Part shown: in pieces, positions 28,088 through 34,986 of the stretch
Layout of the letters: the number at the start of each line of letters is the position of its first letter
How positions within the stretch are numbered: position 1 is the stretch's first letter
Assembly (NCBI GenBank): GCA_035517115.1
Contig: DATIZL010000010.1
Coordinates: forward strand, 9,070 to 73,069
Reading direction: 5' to 3'
DNA length: 64,000 bases
Source: Hyphomicrobium sp.
GTDB taxonomy: Bacteria; Pseudomonadota; Alphaproteobacteria; Rhizobiales; Hyphomicrobiaceae
The notes under the pieces: model-generated
Told to the model about the DNA's origin: nothing
Seen by the model: the letters and a program-made list of their open reading frames with translations, nothing else
The model's database searches: none
Made by a program: the position numbers and the translations under genes

Positions 28088-29653
28088 ATGCCGCCTGCGC
28101 TCACCCGCCGACAGCTTTTGTCCACCGGCGCCTTGCTGGCCCTCGGCCCGCTGCCGCCCTTGGCGCGTGCCTCGCAAACGGTGCCGGTCCCCTCGCGCTA
28201 CGGCAATCCGCGGCCCTTCGACTTCGACCGGCTGCGCCAGAAGGCAAAGGAGCTCGCGGCGGCGCCGTTCGTGCCGGAGACGCCGCCGGCGCCTGAGGTC
28301 GTCAAGACGATCGACTTCGATGCGGTGCAGAAGATCAAGTTTCGCCCTGAGCGTGGCCTCTGGGCGGGCGATGCCCACGCCCTGCCGATCCGCATGTTCC
28401 ACCTCGACAAGTTCAACGGCCTTCCGGTCAGGATCAACGTCGTGTCCGGCGGCATGGCGCGCGAGGTGCTCTATTCCCGCGAGGACTTCGACTACGGTGA
28501 TGCCGCGCTGAAGGCCTCGCTGCCCGCCGATCTCGGCTTCTGCGGATTTCGCGTGATGAACGGGCCTCGCGCGGATACCGACTGGCTCGCCTTCCAGGGG
28601 GCGAGCTACTTCCGCAGCTCAGGCGAGGAGGACCAGTACGGCGCCTCCGCCCGCGGCATCGCCGTCAACACGGCAATCGACGAGGAGTTTCCGCGCTTCG
28701 TCGAGTTCTGGCTCGAGCAGAAGGGCAATGAGCCGGCGGTGACCATCTACGCGCTCCTCGACGGCCCGAGCCTCGCGGGCGCCTACAAGTTCGAGGCGGC
28801 GAAGGACCGCGGCGCCGCCATCAGCGTCACCGCCGAGCTGTTCGCGCGCAAGGACATCGACCGGCTCGGCGTCGCACCGCTCACCAGCATGTATTGGTAC
28901 GCGAAGGGCGACCGCCGCTACAGCGCCGATTGGCGCCCGGAGATCCACGACAGCGACGGGCTCGCGCTCTATACCGGGAACGGTGAGCGCATCTGGCGCC
29001 CGCTCATCAATCCGCCGTCGGTGCACACGAACTCCTTCCTCGACGTGAACCCGAAGGGCTTCGGGCTCATGCAGCGCGACCGCACGTTCGCGGACTACGA
29101 GGACGACGGCGCCTTCTACAACCGGCGCCCGAGCCTCTGGGTGGAGCCCGTCGGCAACTGGGGCGAAGGCGCGGTGCAGCTCGTCGAGATCCCGACCGGC
29201 GATGAGGTGCACGACAATATCGTCGCCTATTGGACGCCGAAGGCGCCGGTCAAAGCGGGCGACAGCCTCGCCTTCGCCTACCGGCAGTTCTTCCGCAACG
29301 ACGAGCCGCAGCCGGGGGCCTTAGCGCGCGCCGTCGCCACGCGTACGGGCATCGACGGCATCCCGGGCGCCGAGGCCCACTACGACCCGCACAGGCGCAA
29401 GTTCGTGATCGACTGGGAAGGCGGACCGCTGACCGGCATGGCGCCGCGCTTCGACGTGACGCCCGTGGTGAGCGCTTCGCACGGCACCGTCAGCAATGCC
29501 TACGTCGTCAAGGTCGTCGGCACCGAGAAGTGGCGCTCCTTGTTCGATTTGTCGGTCGGGGGAGGCAAGACCAGCGATCTGCGCTGCTACTTGAAGCTCG
29601 GCGATCAGACGCTGACGGAAACCTGGCTCTACCAGTATGCCGTCGACGCTTAG
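28088..29653 (+). CDS. opgD: Periplasmic glucan biosynthesis protein (OpgD/MdoG family)
   Basis: Tat motif TRRQLL, FQGASYFR, QYGASARG, EEFPRF.EFW, RPEIHDSDGL, DNIVAYW, LTETWLYQ. Confidence 0.9.
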   Translation: MPPALTRRQLLSTGALLALGPLPPLARASQTVPVPSRYGNPRPFDFDRLRQKAKELAAAPFVPETPPAPEVVKTIDFDAVQKIKFRPERGLWAGDAHALPIRMFHLDKFNGLPVRINVVSGGMAREVLYSREDFDYGDAALKASLPADLGFCGFRVMNGPRADTDWLAFQGASYFRSSGEEDQYGASARGIAVNTAIDEEFPRFVEFWLEQKGNEPAVTIYALLDGPSLAGAYKFEAAKDRGAAISVTAELFARKDIDRLGVAPLTSMYWYAKGDRRYSADWRPEIHDSDGLALYTGNGERIWRPLINPPSVHTNSFLDVNPKGFGLMQRDRTFADYEDDGAFYNRRPSLWVEPVGNWGEGAVQLVEIPTGDEVHDNIVAYWTPKAPVKAGDSLAFAYRQFFRNDEPQPGALARAVATRTGIDGIPGAEAHYDPHRRKFVIDWEGGPLTGMAPRFDVTPVVSASHGTVSNAYVVKVVGTEKWRSLFDLSVGGGKTSDLRCYLKLGDQTLTETWLYQYAVDA

Positions 29654-29729
29654 TTGCAATTTATCCGTCGCGCGGGAACCAGGACCCCGGCGAGACTGTT
29701 TAGACCTCCGGTTTGGATGGAGGAACGCA

Positions 29730-30014
29730 ATGTCCCACATGGACCGCTACCTGCTCGGCTTGTTCTTCCTGGCCGCCGCGATGGCTGCCACTGCGACGAA
29801 TGCCCACGCCGTCATCACGCAGCGCCTGAAGGACGCCTGTCGCGCGGAATACTTCGCTTACTGCAGCGCCCACGAGCTCGGCAGCGAGGGCCTGCGCACG
29901 TGCATGCGCACCATGCAAGATAAGCTCTCGCAGGGTTGCCTCAAGGAGTTGGTCGCGTCGGGAGAGGTCACGCAGCCCGAAATCAAGGCCTATAACGGCA
30001 GGAAGCACAACTGA
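29730..30014 (+). CDS. Small secreted four-Cys helical protein
   Basis: GGAGG SD, signal peptide, ACRAEY..YC...G....CM.....LS..C pattern. Confidence 0.75.
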   Translation: MSHMDRYLLGLFFLAAAMAATATNAHAVITQRLKDACRAEYFAYCSAHELGSEGLRTCMRTMQDKLSQGCLKELVASGEVTQPEIKAYNGRKHN

Positions 30015-30037
30015 GGCGGCGTGAGGATCCCACGCGC

Positions 30038-31144
30038 CTAGCGGTGCCAATATTCAGCGGGCGCGAGCTTCACGTCGAGAAAGACCACCTCCGCTCCCTC
30101 GCAGCGCACGTCGATGTCGGCCTCCGCACAGCGCTTGACGAACGCCTCGGAGAACTTCTTAGGCGGCAACGGGACGAGCTGCTGCGCGTCGCACCATTCG
30201 AGGAAGCGCGAGTAGAGCGCGCGCAGCTCCACGCTCTCGCCTCCGGCGCGCCGCATGCAATCCTGCACGAATATGGCGAGGTCGCCGCTGGCGGCTGGCT
30301 CGCGTTTGCTCGGGCGATCCGCGACGCGGCCGCCTTTCGGCAGTCCGCGAATGGCCTCGTGGATGGCCTCGGTGGTGCTCGGCCGCACGCGCCGCCATAC
30401 CCAGCCGAGCAGCAGAAGGGCGATCAGGAGCTCGCCGCCCGCGACCGCGGCGATGCGGTTCTGTGTGACAGCGCCGGCGTCGGGCCATTTGACGAAGGCC
30501 TCGAGCGGTGAGGCCTTGGGCTTCTCCGGCGGCGGCGGAGGCGGGGCGTTGAGGCGCGCGCGGACGCTCGCCGCTTCCGCGTCGAGCTTGTCGGCGCGCC
30601 CGGTGGCGGCCTTGTCCTTGAGCAGGGCCGCGAAGGCGTCGCGCTTGGTCGCGAGATCGGCGGCGGCCTCCTCGCAGTGCTTTCCGCGCCCATCGCACTC
30701 GGTGCGCCGCGTGGCGTCGGCGGCGAGCATGGCTTCGCGCGCCGCGGCTACGGCGGCATCGGTTGCCGGCGTGAAGTGCAGCGCGGCACGCTCCGCGAGG
30801 ATCCGCGCGAGCACCGCCTCATCTCCATTGCGCACCTCGGCCACCTTGACGCGCTCGGCGTGCTTGGCGATGGCCCCTAGCGAATTGCCGATGGTTGCGA
30901 GCAAGGCGGCGCAAGCGAGCACGGCGAGGAGCGCGCCAAAGAGCTTGCCGAGGCGGGACGTCGACCAGAAGAGATGCAGCGCCGCGGCGGGACCGAGCAG
31001 GCCCGCGAGCGCGACCGCGGCAAAGGACAGCGCCGCGAGCGCCGCATCCTTGGGCGCATCGGCGCTCACGTAGCCATAACGGGCAACGAGCGCCACCACG
31101 ACGACCGCGGCGGCAAGCGCCATGGCTCCGATCGCGTTCCGCAT
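30038..31144 (-). CDS. Hypothetical membrane protein with a coiled coil and a C-terminal winged-helix-like domain
   Basis: Three N-terminal TMs, Ala-rich coiled coil with C-x6-C, one more TM, then F.QDC.....G.SVE...LYSRFLEWC......L....F. Confidence 0.7.
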   Translation of the reverse strand: MRNAIGAMALAAAVVVVALVARYGYVSADAPKDAALAALSFAAVALAGLLGPAAALHLFWSTSRLGKLFGALLAVLACAALLATIGNSLGAIAKHAERVKVAEVRNGDEAVLARILAERAALHFTPATDAAVAAAREAMLAADATRRTECDGRGKHCEEAAADLATKRDAFAALLKDKAATGRADKLDAEAASVRARLNAPPPPPPEKPKASPLEAFVKWPDAGAVTQNRIAAVAGGELLIALLLLGWVWRRVRPSTTEAIHEAIRGLPKGGRVADRPSKREPAASGDLAIFVQDCMRRAGGESVELRALYSRFLEWCDAQQLVPLPPKKFSEAFVKRCAEADIDVRCEGAEVVFLDVKLAPAEYWHR

Positions 31145-31507
31145 CTCGCCGCTTTCCTCCTTGCGGATCCGTTCAGCGTATTCGCGTTAGCCTACAAAAC
31201 GCTTGTGAAGCAAGGTTTGGCCCCGGACTATTTCTTCCGATTCCTCGAGAAAGGAAACCCTGGCGAGCGGCCAGCGCGGCGCGGGGCTAGTGCACCCGTT
31301 CAACGTGTGGCTTGGAAGGGCTGGCTGCCGAGGGTTCTTTGACCGTTCAGACTCGGCCGGCGGCGCTCAAGTTGCCTGCGGTCCCATTGCGGCAGCGAGG
31401 ACGCCCGGCCCTGCACCAGGCGCCCTCTCGCCCACTGCTCGAGCGGGGGTCGTCGAGCAGGGGCTCGCTCGGCCAAACGGGGGCGCCGGGGCTCGGTTCC
31501 GGTTCCG

Positions 31508-31783
31508 CTACTGGGTTGGCGCGGGCCTTGTCGCCGGCATGGGCGCAGGCGGTGTTATGGGCTGCGTTTCTTCCGAAGGCATCGCGTCCAAAGCCGTAGG
31601 CACTCGCGACGGAACCAGCATGGATGAGACCAGCCAGATCAGAAGCACCGCAGCAAGGGCCGCAGCCACCACCATCCAGAATGCCGAAGCAGTGTCGAGC
31701 ATGTTTCGCGATGGTGGTAGGTACGCGTCGCGGGGGGCCTCCCGGTAAGGAGGCCGCGGGTCATGGGTGACGACCATTGGCAC
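31508..31783 (-). CDS. Small single-TM protein with a Pro-rich tail
   Basis: GGAGG SD before ATG; TM segment FWMVVAAALAAVLLIWLVSSMLV. Confidence 0.6.
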   Translation of the reverse strand: MPMVVTHDPRPPYREAPRDAYLPPSRNMLDTASAFWMVVAAALAAVLLIWLVSSMLVPSRVPTALDAMPSEETQPITPPAPMPATRPAPTQ

Positions 31784-31973
31784 CTCCCTTTTTTGGGTTT
31801 CTGACCGCCAAAACAGTGACGTCGAAAGAAGGTTCCCGGCCCGCTGTACCCCGCTGCACTAGGCCAGACAGTGGGCTGACCGGGCCGCAATTGTCCCGGC
31901 CGCACACTTGCCAGCGTCCACCTGTGCTATAATTCGTTCGGAGGGGCACTCCGAGATTGGAGGAGGCCTCAAA

Positions 31974-32102
31974 ATGTCTCAGACACTTCGCGCTCCCGTC
32001 GGCCACAGCACCGCTATGGCGCTCATCCTTGTCGCGACCCCCATAGCGATCGTCCTTATCGCGGTTGGGATGATTATCTTCGGCAGTCTCATCCTGCCAT
32101 GA
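31974..32102 (+). CDS. 42-aa hydrophobic small protein
   Basis: GGAGGAGG SD; extended -10 TGCTATAAT at 31925-31933; one TM. Confidence 0.5.
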   Translation: MSQTLRAPVGHSTAMALILVATPIAIVLIAVGMIIFGSLILP

Positions 32103-32264
32103 GAGCCCGCGCATCGGCATGGCAACGCCGGCTCGTAGGCCCACATTGGCCATCTCATATGCTCAACGCGGTCGATGAGTTGCTATTGCGTGGCGCGCGA
32201 GCCGAGGAGCTCGGGTATAATCTTTGGAGAGCGGGTGAGTGAACGCCGATTGTAGGAGGTGGCT

Positions 32265-32483
32265 ATGAAAAGCTGCATGGTGATTGGGGTCGCGCTTGCA
32301 CTTGCTTTCCTCGTTGCGCCGATTGCGTCGAGCACGGATGCGCTGGCAAAGGGCTCCCGGTGCGCTGTGAAGAACATGGAGGGCAAGAGGATCACGTGGA
32401 GATGCAAGGCCGGCCAGAAGTGTTGCTTTGACTGGTTGGCCAATAAGGGCGCGTGCGTTGCGGCTTCCGAGATTTGTCTCTGA
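32265..32483 (+). CDS. Secreted six-Cys miniprotein (72 aa)
   Basis: AGGAGG SD, TATAAT at 32216-32221, signal peptide ending ALA, mature peptide with six Cys including a CC pair. Confidence 0.7.
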   Translation: MKSCMVIGVALALAFLVAPIASSTDALAKGSRCAVKNMEGKRITWRCKAGQKCCFDWLANKGACVAASEICL

Positions 32484-32591
32484 GGCCCCAGCCAACCAAG
32501 ACGCAAGCGCCGACGCGCCGCCGTCAAGAAACGAGGCTTCCGCCTCGATCGACTTGCACGAAGACCCAAGTAGAAACCAAGGAGGATAGCC

Positions 32592-32750
32592 ATGTATGGC
32601 AGGATACTAAGCGTCGCGATCATCTCGGGCATTCTGCTCGCCACAGCAGCTCCCGTATTTGCCGCCGACGAGCCGAAGACGAAGGCCGACTGCGAGAAAG
32701 CCAAAGGCACGTGGGACGATAAGACCAGCAAGTGCACCATCAAGAAGTGA
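32592..32750 (+). CDS. Secreted 52-aa peptide with two Cys (below the ORF-track cutoff)
   Basis: GGAGG SD; MYGRILSVAIISGILLATAAPVFA-ADEPKTKADCEKAKGTWDDKTSKCTIKK; followed by a terminator. Confidence 0.7.
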   Translation: MYGRILSVAIISGILLATAAPVFAADEPKTKADCEKAKGTWDDKTSKCTIKK

Positions 32751-32776
32751 TGCAAGCTGCAAACGCATGACAGCTC

Positions 32777-32815
32777 GGAACCCTGCCGGAGTGACTCGCG
32801 GCGGGGTTCCCTTTT
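32777..32815 (+). terminator. Intrinsic terminator
   Basis: GGAACCCTGCCG-loop-CGGCGGGGTTCC followed by CTTTT. Confidence 0.7.
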
Positions 32816-32920
32816 GCCGCATGCCGGGTAGTAGCTCCATACACGTCTGACTTGGGCTATTTGCTGACGGGACGCGTCCACGCAGACCAAATCATGTCCC
32901 AGTCGAACCAATTTCGGCCA

Positions 32921-33397
32921 TCACAATAGCATCTCGAATTGGACTTGATCGCGGACTGTTTGCGTGTAGCCCCTTTGTGACGTGAAGTAGTCCCGCGCTA
33001 CATTGAAGATGCGAAAGCCTCGTCTCAGGTAAAAGATGATGTTGTCTGTTTCCCATGATCCGGTGCAAACCACGAGCCGCACAGCGTTGTTCAAGCGACA
33101 GTAGGTCACCGCTTCTTCGACCAGTTGTCTACCGATGCCTTCTCCCCGACGCTCCAAAATAACTGCAAGGCTGACTATTTCGAATACGTCAGCGTCTTCC
33201 ACAATGTGAGCCATGCCGACAACAAAATCTCGGTCACGCGCCACCAGAACGCTTCCCATCTCATAGTAGCTAAGGATTTGACTTTCCGACTCGTCTGCTA
33301 AGCGAAACAATGACAGCAAGTTACGCCTGCTACCCTCGTAGATCTGAATTTGAATACCGGCCAATAGTCCCCTCCACTGTGCGAGTGAGCGCGCCAT
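32921..33397 (-). CDS. GNAT family N-acetyltransferase
   Basis: LAV...RRGEGIGRQLVEEA acetyl-CoA motif, FYLRRGF; visibly AT-richer than host genes. Confidence 0.85.
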   Translation of the reverse strand: MARSLAQWRGLLAGIQIQIYEGSRRNLLSLFRLADESESQILSYYEMGSVLVARDRDFVVGMAHIVEDADVFEIVSLAVILERRGEGIGRQLVEEAVTYCRLNNAVRLVVCTGSWETDNIIFYLRRGFRIFNVARDYFTSQRGYTQTVRDQVQFEMLL

Positions 33398-33534
33398 CCA
33401 CTAACCAATCTGTACGCTTCAGACTGGCTCGTCGTTTCTACTGGTGACGCTTGCTCGGGCGAGATCAACATGATCGCGTGGAGCCGGCAATTTAAGTTGC
33501 CGGAACGATGGAGTTCGAATCCCTTATGGTGAAG

Positions 33535-33611
33535 TGGCGCACCCAAGAGGATTCGAACCTCTGACCTTTGCCTTCGGAGGGCAACGCTCTATCCAGCTGA
33601 GCTATGGGTGC
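33535..33611 (-). tRNA. tRNA-Arg (CCG)
   Basis: Reverse complement GCACCCATAGCTCAGCTGGATAGAGCGTTGCCCTCCGAAGGCAAAGGTCAGAGGTTCGAATCCTCTTGGGTGCGCCA; cloverleaf, anticodon CCG, encoded CCA. Confidence 0.97.
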
Positions 33612-33761
33612 TGATTTGCGGCGCCCTTGATACCTCATCCCCGTTAACCCCGCAAACGGCCAGCAGCTCGCCGCGTCGCCGCGGCCGGCGGCGTTGTGCA
33701 CACGCAATTGGTCCTGCTCTTGCGGGGCTCGCGGCAGCATCAGCAAAAAAGTGCCGCGCCA

Positions 33762-34929
33762 ATGCCCGCTAAGACGCCCCCCGTGTCCCAAACTGCGACG
33801 GCCACCGCCGCCGTGTCCCAGCCTGAGGCGTGGCTTGCGCTGCGCGGGCGCCTGCGCGCCCCTCCGGCGCGGCCGGCCGAGGACCGCGTCATCTGGTTCG
33901 ACTATGCCAAGGGCATCTGCATCACGCTCGTCGTCATGATGCATTCGACCTTGGGCACCGGCGAGGCCATGGGCGGGGAAGGCTTCATGCACTCAATCGT
34001 CGCCTTCGCGCGCCCGTTCCGCATGCCCGATTTCTTCCTCTTGTCGGGGCTCTTCCTGTTCCGCCTCATCGACCGCGACTGGCGCACCTATCTCGACCGC
34101 AAGCTCGTGCACTTCGGCTATTTCTATCTCTTGTGGCTCGTGATCCTGACGGTGGTGAAGCACGGCGCCGAGCTCGGCACCGATCCTTACGCGTGGGCGG
34201 CATCGTTCGCCGACGCGCTCGTCTCGCCCAACCCCAACCTGTGGTTCATCTACGTCTTGCCGCTGTTCTTCCTGGCGACGAAGCTCGCCCGCTCGCTCGG
34301 CATCCCGGGCTGGGCGCTGTGGCTCGCCGCCGCGGCCATGCAGACGTTCCCGCCGCACACCGGCTGGGAGGCCGTCGACGACTACGGCGCGCGCTACTAC
34401 GTGTTCTTCCTCACCGGCTACCTCTTGGCGCCGCACGCGTTCAAGCTCGCCGCCTGGGCGCGCGAGCACATGGCCGAGGCCGCCATCGGCCTCAGCGGCT
34501 GGTTCTCCTTCAACGCCACCATCGCCTTCGCGGAATCCCCCGTTGCCGGCTACGCCAAGGTCGCCGACGTGCCGGGCGTGCGCATCGCGGTGGGCTCATC
34601 GGCGCCATGGCGGTCGTCACCGCGGCGTCGCTCTTATCGCGCATGAACTGGGCGGGCTACCTGCGTTATGCGGGCCGCAATTCCATCGTGCTCTACGTCT
34701 CCTTCGTGCTGCCGATGGCGGCAACGCGCATTCTCCTGTTGAAAAGCGGGCTCATCTCCAACATCGGCGCCGTGTCGCTGCTCGTGACCCTGGTGGCGCG
34801 GTGCCGCTCGCGTTCCACGCGGGTCTGCGCAACACCTGGGCTCGCTTCCTCTACGAGCGGCCGGAGGGGCTGAAATTCGAGCGCCAGCGCGCGAAGGCCG
34901 TTGCGGCGCCGCAGCCGCTCGCCGCCTAG
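33762..34929 (+). pseudogene. Acyltransferase-3 family membrane protein interrupted by two single-base frameshifts (possibly sequencing errors)
   Basis: WFDYAKGICI.LVVMMH, FRMPDFFLLSG, LWFIYVLP; the reading continues in shifted frames after ~34593 (GLIGAMAVV) and ~34797 (AVPLAFH...RFLYERP). Confidence 0.75.
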
Positions 34930-34986
34930 GCGAAGGAGCGCCGAGAGGGCTGACCCGGGCGGCGGGAATCCCTATATTCCCGGCGC

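Noticed and set aside
31145-33611. Intact prophage or integrative element at tRNA-Arg
   Set aside because: No integrase, structural genes or direct repeat of the tRNA 3' end could be found by eye.
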